The translations under genes and the position numbers were made by a program. A stretch of DNA of 59,057 nucleotides, the filler included. It is 8 parts of 8 records of this genome, joined end to end, with 100 filler letters (N's around TTAATTAATTAA, not from the genome) between each part and the next. Parts side by side here need not be neighbours in the genome. Positions count along the whole stretch, not along the records: positions 39,686 to 46,544 come from SRR31147125_174824; positions 46,645 to 52,885 come from SRR31147125_175006; 6 more parts are not named here. The stretch is one strand, 5' to 3'. The notes under the pieces were generated by a model that was not told the DNA's origin, ran no database searches, and saw nothing but the letters and a program-made list of their open reading frames with translations. Of this stretch, positions 40,885-51,415 are shown piece by piece. The stretch's first letter is position 1; the number at the start of each line of letters is the position of its first letter.

Positions 40885-43800
40885 TCATCCCGCCATCTCG
40901 TCCGCCTGCGAACACCCACTTTCACACCGATTTCTCTCCCTGTTGAAACAGGTCGGATCCATGGTAGGATGTCCCGCTGACTTGGCCTGCTCTTCACAGT
41001 TCAGCTGAGCCGTGAAGAAGCAATCCCGCAAGCAGGGGAGGTTACGAGGCTCGGGAGTAGCTTGGGTGCTGCAGTCGGCGCCCGAGTACCCAGGCATACA
41101 CACACACTGGCCCAAGCTTTCTCGGCCCAGAATACATGCGCCATTGCTGGAGCATGTGGAAGCTGTTTTCATCATGGGACCGAAACCCTTGGGGCACTCC
41201 CAGAACTCGCAACCCTCGCCTGTAAACGGGGCAGGACACATACATCCCTCCTCAGAACAAAAACCGCGCTCAGAACACATGTGCGGACACTTGTCCTTCT
41301 TGGCGCAGTCTTCGCCCGTGTATCCGGGGAAGCAGGTGCATCCCCCTCCCCACACACACCATGTCCGTGCTCGGAATTGCAGTCGGCAGGGCAATAGGGT
41401 TTTGAGCAGTCCTCCGTTCCCATCCACGCCTTCTCACACTGACACAGACCACCTTGCGTGCAGTTTCCGTGGTTGGAGCAGGCGTTGGGGCACAAGGCCA
41501 CATCGCAAGCATCTCCAGACCATCCCGACTCGCATGCACAAGCACCCTGTGAATTATTGCACTTGCCGTGGACGCAATCGAACCGACACAACTGCACCGA
41601 ACAGTCTACACCCACGAAGAAGTCGTTGCAGTAGCATGTGCCATTGAAACACAGACCCGCGTTCGAACAGTTGTTGGGACACGGTGGTCCCCCACAATCC
41701 AGACCCCCGAACCCCGGGTAGCACATGCACTTGCCATTCACACAATCCCCATGGTAGGAACAGTCGTTGGGACATCCCGGCGAGGTGCAGTCGGCCCCAC
41801 CCCAGCCAGGATCACAGTAACACACACCCCTCTTTGCGTTGCACATGCCTTGACCAGAACAATTGTTGGGGCAGGCCAAACCTTCACACGCAAGGCCCGT
41901 TCGTGTCGGAGGACACTGACATACACCACCATCACAGTCTGCTACACCCGAGCAAGCCTTGTTGTCAAGTCCGACCGGGCAGACCTTCACGTTGCAGTCG
42001 AGCCCTGTCCAACCCTGGAAGCACTGACAGACATTGTCAACACATTCGCCGTGACCGTAGCAGTTGTGAACGTGTTCGCACGAGGAACGCTCGCACGCCT
42101 CTCCCACGAAACCCGGCATGCAATAGCACTCCCCCTCCTTGCAAATCCCACGATGAGAGCAGTTGCGAGGACATAACTGTTCCGAACAATCGATTCCGGC
42201 AAAGAATTCCGAACACTGGCAACGCCAGGTTGGATCGCCTGAACACGATCCGTGTCCCGAGCACACTCGATCCGGAGTATCGCTTGGACAGCTCCTGAAC
42301 TGACACGTCGGACCCGTGTAGCTAGGCTCACACGAGCAGTGTCCCGTCAGTGGATCGCACGTTCCGTGATTGTGACAGTCATCCATACACGTCACGTTCG
42401 AGCAATCCAGACCGGACCAGCCAAACTTGCACACGCACACACCACTTGTTGTGTTGCACGTCCCCTGTGTGGCAGCCGTGCAGTTGTTGGGGCAACTACG
42501 TGGAGCAGGCTGTGTACAATCGAGACCCGTCCATCCGTCGAGGCATTCACACACCATGACATCGGACACATTGCGACACGTGCCGTGGTTGGAGCACAGG
42601 TTAGGACATTCCTTGGGCTGACTGCAGTCAACACCCGTGAACCCGGGATCGCATACACACGTGGTATTGTCTTTGCACAGGCCATGACCGGAACACGCAG
42701 CAGGACAGACACGTTGGGCGCAGTCATCTCCCGCAAATCCCAGATCACACTCGCACGAACCTTGTCGACATGTGCCACGATAGCTGCAGGAATTGGGACA
42801 CGCACGAATTGCACAGTCTTCTCCTTCCCAGTTGGGATGACAGAAACATGTGCCATTAATGCACATTCCGTGATCGGAACAGTCATGAAGACAATGATAC
42901 GTGATGGAGCAATCCACTCCCGTGAATCCTACATCACAGAAGCACGTGCCCCCTCCGCAATAGCCATGACCACTGCACATGTTCGGACACAGAGACACAC
43001 TGCAATCATCCCCCTCGTAGTTGGCCTCACATCGGCAACGCCCATCCTGACACAATCCATGGTTGCTACATCCATTGGGACACAAGGACTGACTGCAGTC
43101 TTCACCCTTGAACCCCTCGGAACACTGGCATGTACCATTCTTGCACACACCGTGACCCGAGCAGTCGTTCGGGCACTTGAGTGACCCACAGTCAAGGCCC
43201 GTCCAGGGATCACTACACTCACACTTGAGGTGTGCACATACACCGTGTCCCGAACAGTCATTCGGACATGCCTCGCCCACCGAGCAGTCCACGCCCGTGA
43301 AACCCGGGAAGCAGCTACACTTGCCATCCTGGCAGGTTCCTTGCGAGGAGCAGTCGTTGGGACATCTACGCGACGAGCAGTCCAGTCCAGTCCACCCCTT
43401 GTTGCACGCACACGTGTAGTTGGCGGAACAGGTTCCGTGTCCACTGCAGTCGTTCAGACATCCACGGACACTGCAATCCTCTCCCGTGTATCCTTCAAAG
43501 CAGTGGCACGCTCCCTCAAAGCAGTACCCGTGGTAGTTGCAATCGTTGGGACACGCTTTCACTCCACAGTCCTCTCCAGCCCACCCTGCGTCGCAATCAC
43601 AAACGCCATCTACACATTGTCCACGTCCTGAACAATCATTGGGGCATGTTTCTGAAGATGAGAAAGAAGAAAGAGGGAGAGGGGGAGGGTGTGAGAACAG
43701 TTGCACCTTGAACACACAACAGACGTACGGAGAGAACAATCAAGGTATGTCCACCCTGGAAAGCATTCACAGGTGCCATCGGGTTGACAGTCACCATGGC

Positions 43801-43987
43801 CTGAACAATCGTTGGGGCAAGCAAGCTTGAGACTAATGTCGGTAAGTGCAGCCAGGTCACTGGGCTGTGCGGGTTCTCCGTGAATCCCAGTAAAGGGGAT
43901 ATCGCATTTTCGCTGCACGGCGACGGCTCCTCCCACCACTACCGCCACCAGGACGAGGAAAAGGAGCGGAGCACCCCTTGACTGCAT
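40885..43987 (-). CDS. Secreted tenascin-like multi-EGF-repeat protein (one intron near 43655-43728, apparent frameshift near 41345)
   Basis: Signal peptide MQSRGAPLLFLVLVAVVVGGAVA; roughly 30 CPNDCSGHGxC..GxCxCxxGWTGxDCS repeats. Confidence 0.9.
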
Positions 43988-44737
43988 TGTGCTGTGTATG
44001 GAGAACACGTCCATTATGTGGATACGAGGTGTCCTTTCTACGTACCTGACGCCCGACGCGCGGCTTCCGGCGAGCACAAGAATGAAGGAGGGGAAACATC
44101 CGCCCCTGAAGAATTCAGAGTTCCAATGTCCATTCCTCCTTGTTCTCTCGAATCTCTCGAAAGGATGTGCACGTGTGGAGTGGTTCATGTATAGAGTGTA
44201 GAGAGGATGTTCATGACTAGACGAGAGTGTTCTTCTTTGTTTAAAAAGTTGTTGTATCCGGAATCTCTGGGAGGGGCATAAGGAGAAATGGATGTGAATT
44301 TAGGGAAATATGTATGGGTGTCTCCTCATGGCTTCTTTCCTCTTGGACATTGGAACCCTCCTGAACACCCACCCCCATTCATCAATGAAACATACACCTG
44401 CGCCGGCCTGTAGTAAGGTGTGTGTGTGGGCTGTGTAGTCTGTGTGTGGGAATGTGTGAGTGTGTACGGGGGAGGATGTAGGAGTGTGGGGGATGAGTTT
44501 TGCCCTGTGGGGGGAGGGGGATGTGCAAGGGGGGAGTGGAGGTGTGCTAGGAACTGGGGTGGAGAACGTCGTACAGAGTGGCGTGCTGTCTGTGGGGTTG
44601 TGTGTAGAAGATAGGACGTGTGTGGGATGTGTGTGGGTGAGTGGGGCGGCGGGGGTGAGCGGCTTGACAGGGGTTTCAAGACGATGCACGACTCTACCTC
44701 ACCCGTGTTCCCTGTGACCCCAGACAAACATTCCGGC

Positions 44738-46544
44738 ATGAAGCATATCTTGTTCCTGCTTCTTGTCGCCTGTGCGGCGCAGTTGGCTCTCACAGGTACG
44801 ATTGAGATGATGGGAGGGGGTCTTGTTTGGGTGTGTAGGTGGGGGAGACACCAGACGTATGGGGGAGGTTGTGTGAAGGAAGGCAGAGTGTGAGAAGAGG
44901 GGAAGAAGAACGAAAAAGAATGAAGAGGGGAGAGGGGAGGAGGAGGGGGGGGCAAGGGGGGATGGGAGACAACCGATGCCTTACCCCCGTCCCTCCACCA
45001 GCTACCGTGAGAAGCCGCGCGCAACAAGTTGAAGTTCCTGCCGCCGAGTCTGTTCCTGCCCCGGAACCCTGCCCTGCTCCCGTGGATGCGTGTGAGGAAG
45101 CATTGAAGGCCGAGAAGGAGGAACTGAACACCGTTAAGGACGAAGCGGAACAGGAGGACGAGAATGTCAAGGAAGAAGAGGCGGAGAAGGAAAGGAAGGT
45201 TGAGGGGGAAGAGGAGATGGTGAAGGAGGAAGAAGCCGAAGAGGAAAGGAAGGTTGAGGGTGAGAAGGACGAGTTGCGTCATGAAGAAGATGCTGCCAAG
45301 GAAGAAGAAGGGAAAGAAGAGGCAGAACTGCACGGCGAGAAGAAGGAGGAGCTGTTGCGCCAAGAAGAAGTTGCGGAGGAGGGCAAGAAGGAAGAGGAGA
45401 AGGAACACGAGGAAAGTTTGGAGGATAAGAAGGAGGAACGTGAGGAGAACAAGGATGAACATGAACTCAATGCCGAAATGAAGCATGAAGAAGGGGAACA
45501 AGACAAGATTCGCCTTGAGGAGGAAGGGGAAGAGAAGGCCGAGATGACCGAGATGGGAGAAGAGGAGCAGCATGAGGAGGCAGCCCTGACAAAGCAAGAA
45601 CACGAACGCGAGGAGGAAGAGGAACATTTTGAGAAGGTAGAGGAAGAGGAGGAAGACAAGCACATGAAGGAGGAGGAAAAGGAGGAGGAGAAACTGCTTG
45701 AGGAGGAGAACAAGGAGGAGAACAAGGAGGAGGAGCGCCTCACGGAGGGCGAGCACGCTGAAGAGGAGAAGGAGGAAATGGAATTCGAGCACGAGGAAGA
45801 GGAGGAGAAGGCGGAGACAATTGCGGGAGAGGAGGAAGAGGTACAGGAGGAACACCAACGCCGTGAAGAAGATGAGAAGGAGAGTAAGGAGGAGGAACAC
45901 GAAGAACATGAGATGGAACGTGAGGAAGAGAAGTCTACGGAGCGGATGGATGAGGAAGAGGACAAGCAACGTGAAGTCGAATCGGCCGAGGGGCGTAAGG
46001 AAGAGGAAAGCGAAGCGAATGAGGAGCGCAAGGAAGACCAGCGCCACGAGGAACGCCGCATGGAGGAGCAGACCGATGAACAACGACGTATTGGTGAGGA
46101 ACACGCCGAGGAGGATCGTGAGGCCAAGCTTGAGGAGAAGGACGGGGCTGAGGAACAAGCGGAGGAGCGCGACGAGGAGCGCAAGGTGGAAGAAGAGGAG
46201 GAACTGTCCCGTGACAAGGGCGAGGAGGCGCACGCCGAACAGAAGGAGGAAGAACGTGAGCGGGATGCGCAAGTGGCAAAGGACGAGCGTGCTATGGATG
46301 AGAAGGCGGCGGAGATGCAAGTGGAGGAGGACAAGGAGGAGGCCCGTCACGAGGAGGAGGCCGACCAGGTCCATCTTGAGGGCGAGAAGGCAGAACTCGA
46401 AGCACAAGCGGAAGAGAAGGGTACGGAGGACAAGGTGGAAGTCCAGGAGGCAGACGCCAAGGCCGAAGAGGAGAAGGCTCAGCTTAAGGCCGAGGAGGCT
46501 GCCAAGGGCGAGGAACTTCAGGAGGAGGTGACAGAGGAGGAGGC
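44738..46544 (+). CDS. Secreted extremely Glu-rich low-complexity/coiled-coil protein, 3'-truncated; intron 44796-45001
   Basis: Exon 1 MKHILFLLLVACAAQLALT is spliced (GTACG...CCAG) in frame to the E/K/H-rich ORF. Confidence 0.75.
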
Positions 46545-46678
46545 NNNNNNNNNNNNNNNNNNNNNNNNNNNNNNNNNNNNNNNNNNNNTTAATTAATTAA
46601 NNNNNNNNNNNNNNNNNNNNNNNNNNNNNNNNNNNNNNNNNNNNACTATAACCTGCTTAGGTTATTTTCTATTGGGGC

Positions 46679-49546
46679 TTACAGCACGAAAATATCGCCG
46701 GCTGCAGCTGCAGTTGCAGCGTTAATCAGAGAGATACCAGTAACACCAGTAACACCAGTAAGCTCTACAACGGAATCTCCGTTAACAGCATCCTGCTGGA
46801 AAACGTAGGTATTATTGTTAAACTCAAAGGCAACAGCATCGTTGTCAGCTGCAGCCATAGTATTAGCGACGGCGACCCATTCAGCAAGGGTATCAATTTT
46901 AGCAGCATCAGCACCGCTAAGCGTGAGAATACCTTTGGCAGATTCAGCTCCGGTAATGGTCATTCCGGCACCACCTGTTGCTTCAGCACCTGAGACATCA
47001 ATTCCAGTAGCAGCCCCGCCTAAGGTAGCAACAGCAGAGAACTGAAGCAGGTCTGCGTTGTCTCCGCCCTTGGCAGTGGCTACAGCCTGGAAGGCAGCTG
47101 CGTTAGTCATGGCGCCGACACCGGCTGCACTAACGGCAACAGTTGCTTTGCCGAAATCACTGATCTGATCCATGGAGGTGGCTGAAGAGTCGGTATCTGA
47201 CCCCAGGATAAAGGCGTCACGGCCGCCGTTACCTGTGATATCGTCCGCACCTACGCCTGCATCAATGGTGTCGGCTTTAGCTCCACCATAGATGGCTTCG
47301 CCAAAGGCTTTATCAGAGCCAGTGATCGTGTTAACGCCCTGGGAGCCCTTAATGGTTACACGTTCAGTACCAACGAAAGCATCGATATCGATGGTCACAT
47401 TACCGGTTGATTTGGATGCATCAATGGTCTTAACAGCGTCAGTACCGGCAGACAGGGTATAGCTTACGGCTGCAGTGCCGTCAATGTTCAGTGTGGTCAC
47501 ATTAGCAGCATTGGAAAGAGCGATGGAGTAACCATCGTCAGGACCATTATCAGTAGTTGCTGCGGCATCAACTCTGTCGACAGCATTCACATTGACGATA
47601 TTGATTCCGTTAACACCAAATTTAGCTGCATGGGCGTCTCCATTGGCGAGATCTGCGTTCAGCTTGATATTAACAAAGTCGTCGGAAGTCAGGGCAGCGT
47701 CAGTGACACCGATGGCGAGCGACTGTGTCATATCGGCTGCAGTACGATACTCTACCGTTGCACCTTTAGTGAATCCGCTTACAGTTTTCGCAGCAACTGT
47801 TACATCATCGCCTATCTGAAGGTAGTTGAAACCCAATTTTGCAATATTAATATCGTCTGAGATGGCATCGGTGATTCTCAGCTGTTCAAAACCGGAATAG
47901 GTGGCACGCAGTGCTGCACCGGCTGTGGTATCTGCGTCAGCGGCATCGGCATCGACAAAAGCCAGACCAAGGGTATCGGTTTCTGTTCCGCCTTTCAGTG
48001 CATCAGCAGAATCCAGCCCTGCAACCAAAACGGTATCGGCACCTGCACCGGCATCTACGCTGAGGGTACCAGCACCAACAGTAATGGTATCGTCACCGGC
48101 ACCACCGGCAACAGTATCATTGCCAGTACCAGCATTAAGGGTATCGTTTGCAGCGCCACCTGTCAGGGTATCATTTCCGGAACCGGTTGTGATAACATTT
48201 TTTCCAGATCCGCCGGAGAAGGTAATGGCGTCATTGGCGGTGGTTCCGATTGTCAGGTTCCCGGTCATGTTGGCGGCGTTGATGGTACCGGCAACTCCGG
48301 TAAAATCAATACCTGCGCCCAGAGTCAGGGCCTGATCACCTGCTATATTCAATGTGGCGAGTGCGGTGCCGGTATTGGCCAGGGTCACCTTGCTTGCGGC
48401 AGTTTCTGTTGTCAGTGTCAGGGCTGCAATGCCGGTGCCGGTTGCATCCAATTTAACAGTACCGGTATCTGTTGCGCTGGCACCTACAGCGTTGAGAACC
48501 ACATTAGCGGAGGTTACGGTTGCTGCGGCTCCCACATTAATAGTAGCGGTTCCAGCTGCTGCAGTATTAATTTTTGTCAGGCCCAGAGACTGATCGGCGC
48601 CCATAGTAAAAGTAAACGCCTCGGTATCAGCAAGAGTTGCTGCAGAGTCAACCTCAAAGGAAGTTACGCCTGTCATCGCGGCAACACTTACAGCTTTAGT
48701 GGTGGTAAGGGTACCGTTGTTTACATAGATCTTTTCAACATTGCTCAAAGTCCCAAAGGATTGAGCATCAATAGCTGCCGCCGCTTTGTTGTAAACCTTC
48801 AGGAGGTCAGTGCCAGCGCCGCCTTCAATCTGATCAGCTGCAGACAACTGGTTGGTAGTCCCAGTGTTATCAGCGATAAAGGTATCGTTATTTGCGGTAC
48901 CTGTAAGGGTATCGACACCTGTGGTCAGCGTAAAGGTCTCACCGGGCTTCCCGGTAGTACCGCCGTCAACGTCTACCTTTTCATCTGCGGGAACGGCTGT
49001 AACGGCAATACCTTCGGTTTTACCATAGGCCTGATAATGACCAAGCGCAGTAAGGCCGGCAGCCTTCAGAGCAGCCTGAAGGTCGGCAACGGTTTTATCC
49101 GCAGGCCAGTTGGCGGCGTCGTTGGTTTTGAGGTCGGCCAGTTTGCTTGCCAGATAGGAAGACTCGTCAAAGCTGTTGGAGGGGTTGATGCCTTCGGCAG
49201 AACCGTAGGCAAGGTAGTGCTGGTACGCATCCATGGGCCATGCGGCTTCAAAAGCAGCCTGGGCAGCTTCGATGCTGGCGTAGGCAGTATTGCCCTCGGT
49301 CAGGCCTTTATTGAACATATCAGTGGCTTTGGCCAGTTTGTATTCAGCAGCGTTGAACAAATCATTGGGTGCCAGGCCTTCTGCCCAGCCGTAGCTATTG
49401 TAGTGCTGTTCCGGTGTCAGGCCCACGTTGGCCAGAAACGCTTTCAGCTGGTCAGTGGTTTTACCGACCCATTCGGTTTCGGCTGCCTGCAGAGCGGCCA
49501 GTTTAGCTGCCAAGTATTCCGCTTCCACGAATCCTTGAAGTGCCAT
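46679..49546 (-). CDS. RTX-repeat S-layer-like protein (RsaA/SapA type, T1SS substrate)
   Basis: No signal peptide; N-terminal HYxxYGxxEG repeats, TFTLTTGVD, GGxGxD nonapeptides; A/T/G-rich; C-terminal VVELTGV. Confidence 0.85.
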   Translation of the reverse strand: MALQGFVEAEYLAAKLAALQAAETEWVGKTTDQLKAFLANVGLTPEQHYNSYGWAEGLAPNDLFNAAEYKLAKATDMFNKGLTEGNTAYASIEAAQAAFEAAWPMDAYQHYLAYGSAEGINPSNSFDESSYLASKLADLKTNDAANWPADKTVADLQAALKAAGLTALGHYQAYGKTEGIAVTAVPADEKVDVDGGTTGKPGETFTLTTGVDTLTGTANNDTFIADNTGTTNQLSAADQIEGGAGTDLLKVYNKAAAAIDAQSFGTLSNVEKIYVNNGTLTTTKAVSVAAMTGVTSFEVDSAATLADTEAFTFTMGADQSLGLTKINTAAAGTATINVGAAATVTSANVVLNAVGASATDTGTVKLDATGTGIAALTLTTETAASKVTLANTGTALATLNIAGDQALTLGAGIDFTGVAGTINAANMTGNLTIGTTANDAITFSGGSGKNVITTGSGNDTLTGGAANDTLNAGTGNDTVAGGAGDDTITVGAGTLSVDAGAGADTVLVAGLDSADALKGGTETDTLGLAFVDADAADADTTAGAALRATYSGFEQLRITDAISDDINIAKLGFNYLQIGDDVTVAAKTVSGFTKGATVEYRTAADMTQSLAIGVTDAALTSDDFVNIKLNADLANGDAHAAKFGVNGINIVNVNAVDRVDAAATTDNGPDDGYSIALSNAANVTTLNIDGTAAVSYTLSAGTDAVKTIDASKSTGNVTIDIDAFVGTERVTIKGSQGVNTITGSDKAFGEAIYGGAKADTIDAGVGADDITGNGGRDAFILGSDTDSSATSMDQISDFGKATVAVSAAGVGAMTNAAAFQAVATAKGGDNADLLQFSAVATLGGAATGIDVSGAEATGGAGMTITGAESAKGILTLSGADAAKIDTLAEWVAVANTMAAADNDAVAFEFNNNTYVFQQDAVNGDSVVELTGVTGVTGISLINAATAAAAGDIFVL

Positions 49547-49657
49547 AGTTTTTCTCCTTTAATTAATTAATTAAAAATTTGCGGTGAGAGCCGCAACTTA
49601 CTATTGGTTTATTAAGAAACATGATCCATATATATAATGTTCCATGCCTTGTCAACC

Positions 49658-51007
49658 CTAAAAGCCTTTATTATCAACCTTTTTACTGGTTTCACCCATC
49701 ATGAACATCAGCTCGGACCTGCCCAGCTGATAATCGAGCATGGCCTGGGTGTAGTTTCCCTGGGCCCGGGTGAGCCGGACCTGGGCGTCAAGCAGGAGGG
49801 GAATGGTGGTCAAACCCGCTTGAAGCCTGCGTTTCTCCACTTTATAATTTTCCTGGGCCGCGGTTACTGCATCGGCAGCCTGCCGGATCCTGTCCCTGGC
49901 TTCATCAATGGAAAACAGGGCCTTGCGGATCCCTTCCCGGATCCGGAGCTTGACGTCTTTAATCATCTGCCTGGCCCGGTCAGCGGAAATTGAGCTTTTC
50001 TGCTTGTTATACCAGGCCCGTCCCCCGTCAAAAATTTCCCATGAGGCGGTCACCCCTGCGGTATAATACCGGTTTCTCTGATCCCGGTCATAGCGGTCGA
50101 TTTTGTCATAGTCCCGGTTCTGGTCGTGGTACCCCAAATCCAGCTTTACCATTGGCAGATACCGGCCAAGGGCGATATCCGCATCTTTCAGGGCCATGGC
50201 CACATCCTTTTCCAGGCTCTGGATGTCCGGCCGGTTGGCCCTGGCCTTTTCCCAGCATGCATTAAAATCCGATTCATACGCCTGGGAGAAAAACTCCAGG
50301 CCGCCCTCAAACCGGACTTCCCTGGAAAGATCCATATTCATCAGGGAAAACAGTGCCACCCGCTTCCGGTTGACATTATTTTGGGAGATGCTCAGCCGCT
50401 GCCTGGCATCGGCCAGATCCACCTCGGCGGAAAGCACTTCTGTATAGGGGATCAAGGCTTTTTCCAGGTGGGCCCTGGCGGATTTCACCCCTTCTTCCAG
50501 GCGTTTCACGGATTCAAGAGCGGCGTTGACATCCTGCTTGGCCGAGATAAGCTGGAAAAAGGTGGCCTGGATATTATAGGCCAGCTCCAGTTCGGCCAGT
50601 GCCTTATCAGCCATGGCTTTTTCCGTATCCAGCTTTGCCTTGTCATAGGAATTCACGATCCTTGATCCTGCATACAGAGTCTGGGACAGGGTGATGGAAA
50701 AGCTCCGGATATACTGGTTCAGGTAATCCGTATCCGTGGATCCCTTGGCATTTTCACTTTCAATCCTGGAAAATCCGTAGGAAGAAGAAAGGGAGGGCAT
50801 GAGATCGGCCCGTATTGCTTTCCTGTTTTCCTCACTGGCTGCTGCCGCATAATCCGCCGCCAGGATGGAAGGGTTGTGCGCAAACCCGTAGTCAAGGCAG
50901 TCCCTGACGCCCATGACAGTTTCGGCCTGACTGACACCGGCCAGAACCGGTATGGTCAGCACCATAGCCGCAATCCCAGCAACAATATTTATAATTCTGA
51001 GTTTCAA
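49658..51007 (-). CDS. TolC-family outer membrane channel
   Basis: TTG start at 51007 with GGAG RBS; signal peptide; two OEP repeats (ANRPDI, YLPMV, WEIFDGG, LLDAQ). Confidence 0.9.
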   Translation of the reverse strand: MKLRIINIVAGIAAMVLTIPVLAGVSQAETVMGVRDCLDYGFAHNPSILAADYAAAASEENRKAIRADLMPSLSSSYGFSRIESENAKGSTDTDYLNQYIRSFSITLSQTLYAGSRIVNSYDKAKLDTEKAMADKALAELELAYNIQATFFQLISAKQDVNAALESVKRLEEGVKSARAHLEKALIPYTEVLSAEVDLADARQRLSISQNNVNRKRVALFSLMNMDLSREVRFEGGLEFFSQAYESDFNACWEKARANRPDIQSLEKDVAMALKDADIALGRYLPMVKLDLGYHDQNRDYDKIDRYDRDQRNRYYTAGVTASWEIFDGGRAWYNKQKSSISADRARQMIKDVKLRIREGIRKALFSIDEARDRIRQAADAVTAAQENYKVEKRRLQAGLTTIPLLLDAQVRLTRAQGNYTQAMLDYQLGRSELMFMMGETSKKVDNKGF

Positions 51008-51408
51008 GCGTTCTCCATCTGCATTTTTATCATCCAGGATGCCCAGGAATGAATATATGAATCTGACAATTCTTCCTGCCTCAGGGTTCTCCATGTTTCC
51101 AGCACGGATTCCCATTGGCGTGAAGAGATATTTAATATTTTATCTGTTTCCCCGGCTTTTTGAAACATCCCGTGGTCCGACAGAATTTCATTATGATGAA
51201 TAATCACCATATCAAATACGGACCGCACGTAAAACATTCTGGCTGCGATACGCAGGGGGAAATCCCGTTTCACCGCCCAGTTCCGAAACTCCCCCAGGGA
51301 CCTGGCCCTGGGGGCCGTCATTGCCGTGGCATCCTCGGTGGTGGCCACCTGGAAAAGATGGGCCAGGGCTTCCCGGACAGTCCGGGGGGTGGTGTCAAAC
51401 CAGCCCAT
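51004..51408 (-). CDS. Hypothetical protein (134 aa)
   Basis: MGWFDTTPRTV...; its stop overlaps the TolC start (TTGA). Confidence 0.6.
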   Translation of the reverse strand: MGWFDTTPRTVREALAHLFQVATTEDATAMTAPRARSLGEFRNWAVKRDFPLRIAARMFYVRSVFDMVIIHHNEILSDHGMFQKAGETDKILNISSRQWESVLETWRTLRQEELSDSYIHSWASWMIKMQMENA

Positions 51409-51415
51409 GAAAGCT

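Noticed and set aside
41172-43739. Periodic DNA repeats as a CRISPR or satellite array
   Set aside because: The periodicity comes from degenerate EGF coding repeats; there are no identical repeats with unique spacers and no cas genes.
44326-46531. Long Leu/Phe-rich, Ser-rich and Arg-rich ORFs overlapping the Glu-rich gene
   Set aside because: They are shadow frames of GAG/GAA-rich low-complexity sequence.
49559-49574. TTAATTAATTAATTAA upstream of the S-layer gene as a hidden contig join
   Set aside because: There are no flanking Ns, it sits directly before the RBS, and the context (TolC then S-layer) is coherent. It is probably a natural AT-rich leader.
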